Shown here piece after piece: positions 51,401-64,000 of a stretch of DNA of 64,000 bases. The notes below the pieces were generated by a model. That model searched no databases and was not told where the DNA came from. It saw only the letters and a program-made list of their open reading frames with translations. Every line of letters starts with the position of its first letter. The stretch's first letter is position 1. Source of the stretch: Haplodiscus bocki (lineage: Eukaryota); the NCBI GenBank assembly GCA_965655095.1, contig OZ296651.1:67332001-67396000 (forward strand). The letters run 5' to 3'. The position numbers and the translations under genes were made by a program.

Positions 51401-54311
51401 AATCAACGTACTGCTAATTAACAGGACGAGACCTTAAAAAAGTGTAGAAAATGAAAGAATACGAAAAAATCAAGAGAAACCAATACTAAAATCCGATCAC
51501 AATGGGAAAAGTTCGTACCATCAGACGCAGGAACGGATGTAGTCCCGAATCAGCTCAATCAGAGTTTCCTTCGTCAGGGCAAAACATAACAGTCTTGAAA
51601 GTACAATTATCGTACAAAGCGTGTAAACTAACACAATCATTGAAGGAGCAGCTAAAGTTTTGACCGAAGGGGAGGAAAATGTCAAGACAGCCAAGAGTGT
51701 TTTTCTGACAGACAAACACTTTAACAAGACAACTGGCCAGGACCGGCAAATTGTCCGCCCACCATGTTTGTTACCGATGACTTTTTAAAAGATGAAACTG
51801 TTTTTTTCTTCGAATACTGTTTCTTCGTCAAGCTTTGCGTTTTTTCAAAATTCAAAAATTTTCTGATTGATGGCAAAAAGTCACAAAAAATTGGTTAACA
51901 CTTTTCAAGGAAAATAGTTGGTTGATACTCAATCAACAACATTAATGGCACTTTACCGTTGTTGAAAAAAAATTACTTCAAATCAAACCCAAGTTTTTTA
52001 CGGAAAGAAACCGAAAAGAAATCTCCGCCAGGGTTGTCAAAACTAGAAAACAAGTGTCTAGAAAAAAGTCCTGGAGAATTTTTTTTGCTGAAAAATACTA
52101 GTTTCTATAAATGCTACCGGACCCTGAGAAAGAAACAAGACATTCGACGAATAGTTTTCAGCAGCGTTGTCGAAACTTCAATTTACATGCGCATGTGCCG
52201 AGAAAATTTTTTTGGTTTTTCATGATTGTTTTCCTTAAATCAACGAACGGATTTTTTGAAAATCAACGCAACTGAAAAATTTCTGTTAATGCAACTCACA
52301 CCTTGTCGAAATGGATCTCTCTCTCGATTTCGCAAACTTGGCGAAAACTAATGAAGTAGGCAGCTTGTGAAAAAGATGTTATTACAACACTAATGGTCCT
52401 GAAACAAGAAACAATCTAATATTAGCGAACAATTTTTTCAAGTTCCACAAACGTACACGGTTTTAAATAGCTATTCTAGGCGACAAAGTAGTGGAACTTT
52501 TCGGAATGTGGGAAGGGAACATGGACGCTCTACTGTTCAGTCATGCCTGCGCAGAAAAAATGATCGCAACATCAAGTTTTTCTGGCCGCTGTGTATCCTA
52601 GACGTCGTCCTGCACAACAGAACGATTTCTACTGCCTGTATATATTGCAGTAAGAGATTGAAAACTCATTTTCTTAAGACCAGAAGAAGCCAAAATGGAT
52701 GTAACTGAAACAGGCGAAGAATTACGACTGAATTTTTCAACAAAAAAATCACAAAGTGAGAGTAAACGGAAACCCCCAAACTTTAGTAGCAGTAAATCAG
52801 TTCAATAAAAGTCTGTCGGCAAAAGTTTGTACAGATACCGAAACAAAAACGGTAATAGAAGTTTCAAAAGACGGTTTCATTTTTTAACGGAGTACCAAAT
52901 GCCTTACGTGGGACGTAGATGCGGCCTTGAAAAACAAAGAGTTGAAAAAATTGTGCCCCCATCCGGTGAAAAGACAAATATCGGGAACACTGCTTATGAA
53001 TACTACAACTCCATTTCTTGACAGGTGAATCCAAACCTTTAAAGGCCTACTCATTGCCAATATGACAGACGGTGCTTTTTTGAAAGAAACGCAGGTCCGC
53101 GTTATTGATAACGGGACTTACAACACAAACAGCAAGAAACCGGGCGCTGTTTGAAAGTTACTGCGGTAGAAAACAGCGGACAGTACTTACATCTACTTTA
53201 GTACGAAGTCAACGCTAATACGAAACTGGGACAAAACGGCGAACCAAAGAGAAAGTCCAAGTTCCGTTTCGTTGAGAGACAAAAATGGAAAATTAACGGG
53301 CCGCATAGTGATGGCCAAAAAAAGCTTTAGCCGCTTTTGTCACCAGAAAGGCGTCTGAGAAAAAGAAACAACAAATTAGTCTAAAAATGAAAATTTTCAC
53401 ACTACTTCCTAAAGAAAAACCAATTTTGAAACTCATTTGAAAGCATAAAGGAAAGAAGTTACAAAAAAAAGTAACCAAAACACAGCACTCAGTGTTAACG
53501 GAAAACAACCTTAGATTACACGAAATTCACCTTTAAAAAGCGTTGTCGTTTCAGCCGCTTCGCGGTAACGGACCCTCTTGGTCTCCCAGAAGAAAATAAA
53601 CGGAAAGGCGACGCAAAGTTTAGAACAGGGTACAAAGAGGAAGAGAAGCTAGTCACCCCGGTGTCCCAGGCGGTAGCAGTGACAGACAAGAGAAGAGCCG
53701 CTGAGACAGAAAAGAGACTAATTTTGGCATTGTTTGTTCCGTTGGCAGACGAAAGTCAACTGTACGGTACCTTGACAGGCACACGAAATAAAATGGAAAT
53801 TTTCAAATTGAAAAACAAAAACTCAGAACGGTGATCTTCAGTTAGATTCAGAACGGCAAAACAACCAAAATTTTACGGTGCAATTAAATGCTGGTAAAAA
53901 GCTAACAACTTGTGTTTTCACAGAGTCAAAACCTTCCCGAAAGAGGAAGAAAATACCAGATAGATATCAAATGAGGAGTAGGGGTTTGTGATGGACAGCG
54001 ATCTATAATAGAATTGCTTACAAATTAACGGCTAATCGTAAAACTTAGGTTACCGGCATTAATCACTCTCTTAAACATTACAACTCAAAATTTTTAGGAA
54101 GAACAATCACCTATCTCATTACATTTTGTAAACTTTGTAATTGTGTTTCTAATGTTTTCAAAAAATCCTATCCCAAAACACGAGTTCAGTTTTATAGTTA
54201 ACGGTTAAAACATTTTTTCTTAGCATTTAGTTGGAGTTAAAACAAGCTGCAACAACTTCATAGAGAATATGGGGCACCGCAGCCGGACTCTTTATGGACT
54301 TTCTCATCACA
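48470..54311 (+). mobile_element. 5'-truncated, decayed Gypsy-type LTR retrotransposon
   Basis: PR-like (MGSATATF...DVSKNEVEF), RT-like DSEYA*SRLELD, RNase H IASASRF and MERFRYYKYGNPVKL...YSARLIRWLNR, integrase traces at 52.5-53.0 kb, then a purine tract and 3' LTR. An unrelated repeat is inserted at ~51733-52250. Confidence 0.7.
53987..54311 (+). repeat. Probable 3' LTR of the second Gypsy element
   Basis: Starts TGTGATG, ends CATCACA (inverted termini), just after the purine tract gaggagtagggg. No second copy in the window. Confidence 0.6.
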
Positions 54312-54329
54312 TCGAAAAACCAATCCATG

Positions 54330-56000
54330 GCTTTCTTCCGCCGACCTGTCGACATCTTGGAATGTCAATTTTCCCTTAGTCACTTTTTTGCCGGCCTGGT
54401 AATCAAAGTTGCTCGGTATCTTTGGCGACCGGTCAATGTTTTGGAGAACTGGTGATCGTTTTTGGCGTGATATTGCTATCCGAAACTCAATTCACCGATT
54501 TTTTTCGTCGGCTGTCCGTAGCTTAATCCTGAACCTTCATCAGTAGCGCCAGATTCCCAGCACAACCCGGAAAGGATAAAGCTACCATTATGATCTCAGG
54601 GAAAAGGATCCAGGAAAGGATGTCACCGTCGTTTGCAGTATCGAAAAATCAACACCTTCAGGCAAATTAGTGGAAGATGACTCACAGAGACACGCCCAGA
54701 GGTTTTTTGCAATTAACAAATCTGCCCAAAAGCACGGGTACCGGCGCCTGTTTTTCCCAAAATTGCTGTTGTTCTCTCCTTGTGTGAATGTTCCAGCAAA
54801 ACTCAATCGCTTTCAGAGGTCGAGCAACATTATTCAACGTCTTAAGACCAACCTGATAATCAACAAGGCACCTTCAAAAGGCCTTCCCACAATTGACACC
54901 TCAGTTTATTTTGTTTCATTTTCAAGGCACCGGAAAGTTTATGTTTTACGGACCCTGACTTTTGCCTGCAATCTTCAGTGACCGCAACTAAGTCTCCATA
55001 CAGTGCTTAGAAATTAGTTGCAAACAGGTAGTAAGCAAAGAGCAGTTTTTGTAGCCAATCCAGAATTTTTCCAGTAGCAGTGTTCATCGGAAACTTCCAA
55101 TTTTGCATATCTTGGAAGGCCATGTTACACAATAGATCATGGAAACTGTATTTTTCGGGTTTATCACAATTTGAGGAGGGATCAAAACTCCAGGGCAGTT
55201 TCATGTTGCGAAGCATTCCAACTGGGGGTCAAACCAGCGATGAGCGCCTCCAACTTGGGTGTCTTCACTGTGAATACAACAAACACTTACTGCGAAACGT
55301 TTTGCATGTTTTCTAACATCCAGCGATCAGTTCCGTTAGTTGCACCGCTTTGCCGAAAGAACGGTCTTGTGTGCAGTTTCAGTTTATTTTCGCTGCTTCT
55401 GTTTAAAATCAAATCTCAGAGTTTTCAAGTAAAAAGTAAAAAAGGAGGCACTTAGCAGCACACTCAGATGACGGCTGGAAAGATTTATCGTTAGTTTCAA
55501 GGGAGAGGGATCCGAGTCAATCAACGCAATCGTTTGACCACTATCGCAACTTTTTAGGTCGGAGACCTTACTTTAATCAACACTTCAAGGCACCGTGCTA
55601 CCAGTACCAAAGGCAAGGCTAATTAGTTGAGGCATTTTTGTTACCATCTCAATGGATGCAAAAGTTTCATAGTCAGTAACAAGTCCTCAGACAGATCCTA
55701 TTAACCAAAAGCGGCGTCGGAAGCTAAAGGTTACACTAACGGGCACACCTTCCCGCAAACACTGTATGGGAACCAAAGGTCGACTGGATATCTTTATCTT
55801 GTACGCAGCGGCCAAGAACATTATCGCTCAAATGAGTTCCAAAACTACACCCATCACGTTGGGCTAGTAACTGGAAATATGAACAACGTGCGCCACTCCA
55901 AGCTGGCTGTGCAGCATAAAAAAGCACTAGAACCCAAACTACAACAACAATCAGTGCTGACGCAGTGCTTACTTTAATGGTTGTAGCAGTGTCTCGCTTC
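54330..56000 (-). mobile_element. Possible BEL/Pao RT remnant
   Basis: On the minus strand, in order: SFDPS (VFDAS-like), SFHDLL (SLNDCL-like), VAVTED (VA-TADI-like), TRAFG and DGDIL (YVDD-like). Confidence 0.35.
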
Positions 56001-56479
56001 ACTCTCAAACACGTGGAACCACGTCTCCTGATAAAAAAAGATTTCTGCAGAAATATCAGCCTTGGATCTTTATAATACAACGACATTTCTGCACCTCCTG
56101 GAACTGGGAGACATTACAATTGCTTTTAGCTGGCAAACAACGAACAGTACTATAGGAACGAGTGTGCTGTTGGAAAAACGGCTTGTTAAAGACGCAAACT
56201 CTTACTTCGAAAATCATTTTATTGATAACGAGAAGCCCATTTTTTCGATATCAGAAAAGGGCAGAGCTCGCTTAGAAAGAAGATCCAAGTTTTTCAAATC
56301 TATCGGGTAAATTTTCCTTCAAGGTCTATATTATCAATTTGTTTTGCTTTCCATAGTTAAATTTTACATCCACAGTACACAAGAAGGCTTCTTTATTGCA
56401 TCTCAAGTTTGAGAAATTGCAGCTTCCACCCCTGAGTAACATTTTCTCAAAAAAGATGACCTAACGGGACAGAGACGAT

Positions 56480-57560
56480 GACGAAACTTACAATTACTTC
56501 GAGGAACAGCAATTCATTTTTTAGGTGCTTTCGACCCAGACCATCTTTGAGTTCTGATAACCTTGAGTATCCCTAAAATTTTGTACCATTTGAAAAATCC
56601 GGAAAGTTTGCAAAGCCCACACAAAGTTTACTTCTGTTATTTCCGATTGCCCTCTTCGGCAAGTACATGGCCCGAATTTCCCGGTCTGGTTTCGGGGAAA
56701 AGTGCTCTTTTGTGCCTTCTGAAACATTTTATAATAAAAACGTCAACAGAACGGGATAAGACCTATTTAATCATGTTGGTTTTCTGTCCCAGGAGCAATT
56801 TTTACCAACCAGTGTCTTTGTTGACCATGAAAGGCTCCCGTGAAATTCAACAATTTTTGTATTTGTGATGAAGATCTCAGACATGAAGAAGGCCCGAAGC
56901 TGACTGAAAAAACGAACAGAAGTTTTTGTAGGCACGTAAGTGAAGCTCGTTGCCTTTACGGAGTCCAAGAAGTTAGATGTGTTGAAAACGTTGTAACTGG
57001 TGCTAAACGAGACTGACCGATCGTTGGAGATGGCCCGTCTAGTCCAAAATGAGGACGTTGTGGGCAACGTCAGACCTCAAAGACAGACACCAATGTTCAG
57101 ATTCACCTAGCTTGAAACAACATGGCAACTCGGTAAATTGTTATTCGATTCTAACATAAGTTTTGACGTCGATTGGAATGCGAAGCAACAAATAAACCAT
57201 AGTGATTGTCATATGTTGAGTGAAATAGTGAAAACTGTCTCAGGTCCTGGAACTTTTGGATTGATTGGTCGGGAAGACAAAACTGATGGAACCTCATTTA
57301 CGGCGACACCAAAGAACCTGATTACGAACTCAACTAAACCTTCACTCAAGAGAACTTCAAATTTGCCTGTACGTATAGTAACATGCAGCATGCAGATCAC
57401 GAATTTGTTTTGCAGCAGTTTGCAGACTCCCAGATGCCTTTTGTGCTTGCAACGGACTTATCAGCCAAAAGGATTGATATAAACGACATCAACCAAGTGA
57501 TAAGTTTTAACTACCCTAACAACAGAAGATTACATTCGTTGAAGAGAAAGAACTTCTTGG
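56480..57560 (+). pseudogene. Intronless DEAD-box RNA helicase pseudogene (DDX5/DDX17/DBP2- or DDX43-like)
   Basis: PIALFGKYMARISRSG/SGKS (motif I), LVFCPR (Ia), LVLNETDRSLEM (II), VRPQRQTPMF (III), VLATDLSAKRIDINDINQVISFNYPNN (V), DYIR*RERT (VI), all within ~950 nt. Confidence 0.8.
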
Positions 57561-58910
57561 AAGAAAAAGAAGAAAACAAGAGGTGCTCAATAGCAGCTCG
57601 ACCGATTTTTGAGACCGCAGTTGTGATATAAAGATGTCTTGAATATGGGTTTCACGCTATCTTTTTTCCCAGAGTTGACAAAATGACCTGGACATATTGA
57701 TTTGAAAAATGGAAGTTAATAATGAGACTTCCAAACGTTTCCTCTCCGGAACTGATAACCAATATTTTTGATTTGTTATAGGGTTCAGAAAAGGATTTTT
57801 GAACCAATGGAAAAAACCCATCAGTAATTTCACTAACCAAAGAAGTACAATTGAAACGTATCCAATTATCCATAGCTTTGGAACCACTTATAAACATTTA
57901 GGTCAAAAGTATTACTTGACTCTCACAATTTTTGCTGAAGGGGCCCTTTTTTTACTGCAGACTACCGTTGTCAGAATGTTTACCATATTCTGAAATATGA
58001 TGCTATTTTTCAACTTACTGGTCCATGAATGATAAATAAGCAATTGAAGCATCAGAGATTTGCCGGAAATGACAATAGTCAAACTTCCTTTAGTATTCTT
58101 TTGTGCTTTTTGAATTATTACGGTACAGATATATATAGCTCAATATTATTAGCAATGTTTGTTACAATTGTCTAACCGTGGCGCGCATCGGAGTGAAATG
58201 AATGTTCCTTAATGAATTTTTTATGGCTGATACTCTTTCTGTAAAATGGCAAATGATTCTATGCTAAGAACTAAGAACTTACTCAAGACCAATTGTTGCA
58301 GAGAATTGAGACAGCAGCCACCACTTTGGAAGCCCAGCTATGAAACTATTAATACCATCGTTTACTCACTTGATAGAAAATTATGCAGGGAAAGTGGAAA
58401 CATTTTATTGGCAAGCTTCGTGGAAAAAAACATCGTTGGAGCAGGTATTGTGAATTATAAATCTTTGGCAACATAAAACTCAGACGAATTAAAGAATTAC
58501 GTCTTTAAATTTTCCGTCACGCAAAATTTTGTCTCTGTCATCGGTTTCGTCCCATTGATTGATGCGGACAGGGAGGGAAGCTTTGAAGATGGAGTATTTA
58601 CAGGGAAAGCTTCTCGGCGGTCATGTGAAATGTTCTACAGATGAAATACACGATTGATGCTTTTGGAAAGTCAAAATCGGCTTTTGAAATCCTTTCCGGG
58701 TACCTATTTGGGAATATGTGAGCCACAGCATAGAATGGTGACAAAAAATGTGGAAGAATGATGAACTGTCAACATTACGTATGGTTGAGTATAGAATGTG
58801 AACTTGCCTTTTGACGAACCTTTGACAAATCAACTTCCAGACGTTGTCTCCTCACAATCCTAAAATATTGGTTGGAGGGGAACAAAGCAAAGCACCAATC
58901 AGAGTAGTCT

Positions 58911-59040
58911 TTTAAAAAAGTGCGACAAAAGTGCATTAAATGTCAAATTTGACAAAGCAGATTTCGTAAACTAGAGGAACCAGACCAAAGTCATAGAAAC
59001 GAAAGATTCATTGAATTTTAAGTAGATTACAATGGTTTTC
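58911..59040 (+). repeat. Dispersed repeat, copy 2 (copy 1 at 2579-2712)
   Basis: Direct similarity to 2579-2712. Confidence 0.75.
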
Positions 59041-62000
59041 AATCAATTTTCTTGTGACCAATGAAAAAAATTTGAAAATGCCTTTTTGCAAAATTTTTGA
59101 AGCTTTTCAACTTTTTGGCAGGGGTCAGTTTTATATTTTTGATAAGCAGTAACCTTACGTAATAGACGAATTGGATACATTTTAATTTAATTGGTGGCGT
59201 GATTTTATAGACGAAATCTTGCAAAAAATGAAAATCAGATTTTTGAAATTAAAACTAGCAAATACATGTTTAAAAGTTTTACTTTCATTTTGTGACTCAC
59301 ATCTTTCGAGAGTTGATTTTTTCAAATGGTTCAAAAGTAAATAAAATTGTAGAGAACTATTATAAGAATATGAGTTTTCAAACATTTTTCTGTCTATTGT
59401 CATCTGCGAGATTTCTGGCAAAAATAAAAAAAATAACAACCATTAGATATTCATACGTGGCTAAGCGGAACAATCAATTTTCTGACACAACCTCCTGAAT
59501 GTTTGAGGCGTCCATGACAGCAAATAAAATTGACCTTTGTCGACTTTTTAGTAAGCTCTCTAGCGGTATTTTTGTTTATTCCAAAGGCGTATAGTTTGCT
59601 CACCCAATCAAAATTTTCCAAAGCTATCAAAAAAAGTCTATGTCGCATTCCTTTAGAACACCAGTGTGGAGTGAATATAATTCTCCATACTACTGGAAGC
59701 GAACGTTGGAATCCATTTGTATAATTGATTTGTCATTGAGACTCCATATGCAACAGAATATTTGGTCCAGTTGACAGTTTTCCTTGAAAAACTTTAAGTT
59801 AAAACAATTAGTAATAAGTTGAAGTACAACAGTCATTAGCCTCACCCACAACGTTTCTGCGAGCGGGCATCAGTTATACATTCCATTCGACACAACACCG
59901 TTGATAACCGCTGCTTCCTTACCTAAAACGGAAGAGGAAACAAAAATACATTGCTAAACGACACTGAAGCCATCGGGCAGGCAGCTGTCACGGGAAGAAG
60001 CCCGACTTGCGTCCTGAAAAGCGCGGCTGAGCTTGAAGGGTGTTTCAGGAACACCTTCTGTGTCACCCTTGTTTGGTGGAGAGCTAGTAGAGAGGACGCG
60101 AAACGCAACAACAACGTCAACTTCTCGTGGTAAAATTAAATGTTGGTTGACGGTTCCCAATTAACTCCTTCTCCTCTTATTGATGACTGGACCTCTCGCA
60201 ACCTCCGGGTTTACAAAATCTAAGTTAAGGTCTCTGCCGTCCCCCGATCACAACTTGAAGAGCTGCAGCAAAATTTTGGGACGAGGTAAGTTAAATACGG
60301 AATAGAATGGAAATCGAGAGTAGGTGTTCATAAAACCGGGCAGCAAAAACCGAAGAACAAGTGATAAAAAAATGCACCGCAGCACCATATGAGATCAAAA
60401 AGGTTTACACTAGGCAACCGAAAGCGTGTAGTTTGCAATATACTATGGCGGAGGTCACAAAATATGGCTAATTTTTGTTAAAATTTTTCCTCTCGAGATC
60501 ACAGAGAGATTTCGCGGAGCGGTTTGCACCAACGTTAAATAGCGAGAACGGGCTTTATATAAGGAGAATTTGAGTAGACCCTAAACTTCCTGCCTCCGTT
60601 TTTAGAGGGTTTGGGTTAAAAATAGCAAAAATTGGGTTACTGGAAACGCTGCAACAGGCCAAATTTTTCTCCACCTTACCAAAACGGGCCCCATTTTGTT
60701 CAATTAAAGTATATTTGATCTGAACAGCTGTGGAAACAAAGTGTTGACCGTATTTTCAATACCTCTCTCTTGCATCGAAAAATTGGGTTCCAAGTATGAT
60801 AACACTCCACAGCTCCGCTATACCTTGTAACAGGTGCGAACTGTTCCCTCGGCCACTTGTTCAAAAGAAAAAAGTTTTTTTTTTGAAATTCGGGACTCTT
60901 GTTCTCAACATCTTCATCCAGAAAAGATTCAACCAAATTTTTGCTACCTTTACCTTGAGTCAAAGTTTGAGGATAAAAATTTGGTGAAGCTCCCCTTTTG
61001 TGTTGGAAAAAAAATATACCTGGCAAACTTGCGCCGTCCCATTTGGCGCAAAATGGACACAATTCTGGTCAAAGTTAGCACAATTGTTTTTACCACAGTT
61101 ATATACAAAACTAATAATTATTTTTTGCCACTTTTTCCCTAGGATAGGTTGAGGATTTCAGAATCAAGACTTCAAAAAATACGCAATCTATGGAAGTTTT
61201 TCCCAACTTTTTATATTTTGATTTCCACGAACGAGAGCAACTGCTCGGACCAACCAGAAGTGGAAGCAATTGCAAAATATCAAGTCTGTCGACCAATTTC
61301 GCGACCCTCCACACGTCCAAGAAGCCCGTCCTGTGAACAAGACTTTCATTTTTAGCCAATTTCAGTCGCGAAACATCCCATGTCCATACTCTTCTCCATG
61401 AAAACGAATAGTTACGTCGACTTTGGGATGTTGTAAGACCACTTCTGGGCAAATTAGGGGTTTCCAGGATTGATGTGGTTGTTACTGTGCGTATGATCGC
61501 ACAATTGCGTGGCCACCCGTATTCCTGCCGTCATATGTAATATAATAGGAATTGTTTTTCGCTGTCACACTCTGAGTCATCATAACAGCAGCTCCATTGC
61601 TAGGGAAAGTTTTCACTGACGCCAAACAATACCTAATCATACTTTTTTCCAATAATAAATAATAAGCAAAAAGAGCGGAATGGTCCGCCACGGGATTGAA
61701 AACAAAATTATTGGCGGCGAATTAGAAGTCCTGCAACACAAAGTTAGAAAACATTGGATTTACTTGTCGTATCAAATCGATTTTTTGCGTTCGAGGACAT
61801 TCAATTTTTTTTGCTCAATAAGTGTTTTTGTAGGACATCTGGTCTTCATTTCCCTGTTAACAAGCTTCATTTTAAACAGTTGAATCCGCAATTTTGTTTC
61901 ATTCTGGTCTTCAAGATTTGATGCTGTGAAGTGATAGGCCCTAAGCTACTCCTTACTAATGAACTGCTGCCGCACAAATGTGGAGTCTGACATTCAAAAA

Positions 62001-64000
62001 TACCAGAAGACATCAAAAATACCAGAAGACACCATTGATTTTGAGTGTGACTATCAAATAAATATACTTACATCTGCCCTATGTAAGTTTCTAGAAACAA
62101 ACTAACTACATTAAACAGTGGCCAATGAAGTTAACTTTACATGCGGCAGACTGGGTTGCAGTTGTGGACGCGTTTCTCAATGGAACTTTGTGATAAACCA
62201 TTACGTTTTGTTTTAACCAGTCGTCGCTCATCGAAGAATATTTGGTCCGTTGAAAAACGCTGTCTAGCAGTCTCTCAGATCATCGTAAGTAGAAATTTTG
62301 ATCACTTGGTTCTAACGAGCACTAATGAAAAACGATACCGATGAAAAGAGGACTTGCTGAAACAGTGGAACATCTACGTAAGTCCCCAAAAACGTAATTA
62401 ATACGAATTGTAGCTAATGGGCTTTTGTGGATATTATACTATTAATATAGATTGTATTCAGTTACACTAACGTCAACAATTATTCAAATACGTTTTCTAC
62501 CGTCACCGATTTTCTTGTAATGGTTAGTCTGCTCGTAAATCGACAATTTCAGATGCCCATAATCGTTGGATGTTACTCGCATTTCAGTGGACAGAATTCA
62601 TCTCAAATGTTAATTTTGTCTTTTCTACAATAGTCATTCCACAACCACAAAGCACTCAAGTAGCTCTGAGACAGGGGAGAGAAGAAGACAGGATCACCCA
62701 CTTGGTATTTTTCGTTTATTATGTTCTTTCATTTTTCATCTACCTGATCAATACAACATATAAGAGAAAAAAAGCAATGCAGCAATCTCTCAAACGCTAC
62801 AAAACACTTCCGGTTTAAAACTTCATTTCAAGTGAGAAAAAATCAAAAATTAATCCAAATATGCTGGTATTGATTTAATATACTCATTTTTTCATGGTAT
62901 TTTTGAAAAATAATGAGTTAAATATAAAGTAAGCGGCTAGTGAGACCTTCATCTATCTTCTCAGATCAATCTAAAGTTTATTCAACGGTATTTTGTTAAA
63001 GATTTTTGAGAAAATATTTTTTCCTGCTTTACCATGTCAACGAGCCGTATTAGTTATGTGCTCACATTCGTGCGGGATATTACAAATTTGGCGATTGCTT
63101 TCACGCAAGGAAAACTTAATTTCGCTGAAAAATTTCCCCATGGATTTTGGGGCTTTTTTTGAGGTCAAACTTAGGCACACAGCTTAGAGCTATGTTCCCG
63201 GCAGGAGCTTTCACCCAGATGTTTCTAGTAGAACGTGATGGTATCATTTTTATTGCATTTACGAGACGCTCTGGACGCGATTCAAGGTTATTAGTGCCTA
63301 TTTTCGTTTTTGGATCTACCTTCGGTGAACTACTTTGACTATATCGATAATTGTGTTAAATCTGCAAAACAATACCTTTCAATATCTGATGATCGTTTTC
63401 GAAAGCTCTCAGTAATCAACGTTTCCTGGTTTTCTTTTATTGTTATTTTCAATGTGCACTCCATGCGTGGAAGGCGGTTTCAACTTGCTGCGAGTTATCC
63501 ATTTTTTTCATTCTCGGATTGAAAATGAAAAATTCACACAAAATGCCACTAACGTAATTGCCTAAAAAGCGTTCTCTTCATCTGTTTACACTTTCTCGCC
63601 ATAACTGAGCAATTCAATTACGTTATAAAGGTCTTGCTTGCATAGACTGAAAAATTTTCTTCAATTTGCATGCTTTCAGTTGCCCCAATTTCACCATCTA
63701 TTTTTTGTTACCACGCAGTTGAAACCTTTACCGTCATTCTATACTTCCCACGAATATTTCGTAACTCCGTAAACTTACACTAAGCTAAAAAACGCGATTG
63801 ACAAAGAAGGAAGCATTTCAATTCAATTCCGTCAAAATGTTTAAATTCCGATTCTTCAGAGCCGAATAACGACTCACGCAAAGAAATGTGATTTGGATGC
63901 TAACAATTCAATCTGTAATTACGAATTTAAAATAGTTCTGAATGAGCACTAAAAATGCAACTTGTAGGTTTTTACAATCAGTTTGTTTTCATTCTATTAA

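Noticed and set aside
59900-64000. Short ORFs at the window end as host exons
   Set aside because: No recognisable domains or consistent splice structure.

Overview
Eukaryotic, AT-rich, repeat-dense DNA with no intact host gene that I can support; the organism cannot be identified from this window. (1) A ~10.7-kb Polinton/Maverick-like endogenous virus at 7531-18246, bounded by ~125-bp terminal inverted repeats. It carries degenerate packaging ATPase, rve integrase, minor and major capsid proteins, a core-like protein, an adenain protease and a PLA2-like ORF. I find no protein-primed DNA polymerase B, and the longest intact ORF of the window (8142-9017) has an HUH-like motif. (2) A full-length but decayed Gypsy-type LTR element at 27347-38453 with gag, PR, RT, RNase H, an in-frame TARG1/Poa1p-type macrodomain, integrase, an env-like class I fusion gene and an extra coiled-coil ORF. 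(3) A second decayed Gypsy element at ~48.5-54.3 kb, plus weak BEL/Pao and LINE remnants. (4) An intronless DEAD-box helicase pseudogene. (5) Diverged ~177-bp tandem arrays coupled to a tRNA-like module, tandem tRNA-like units and small foldback elements. All calls come from reading motifs by eye; identities are visual estimates and no searches were run.
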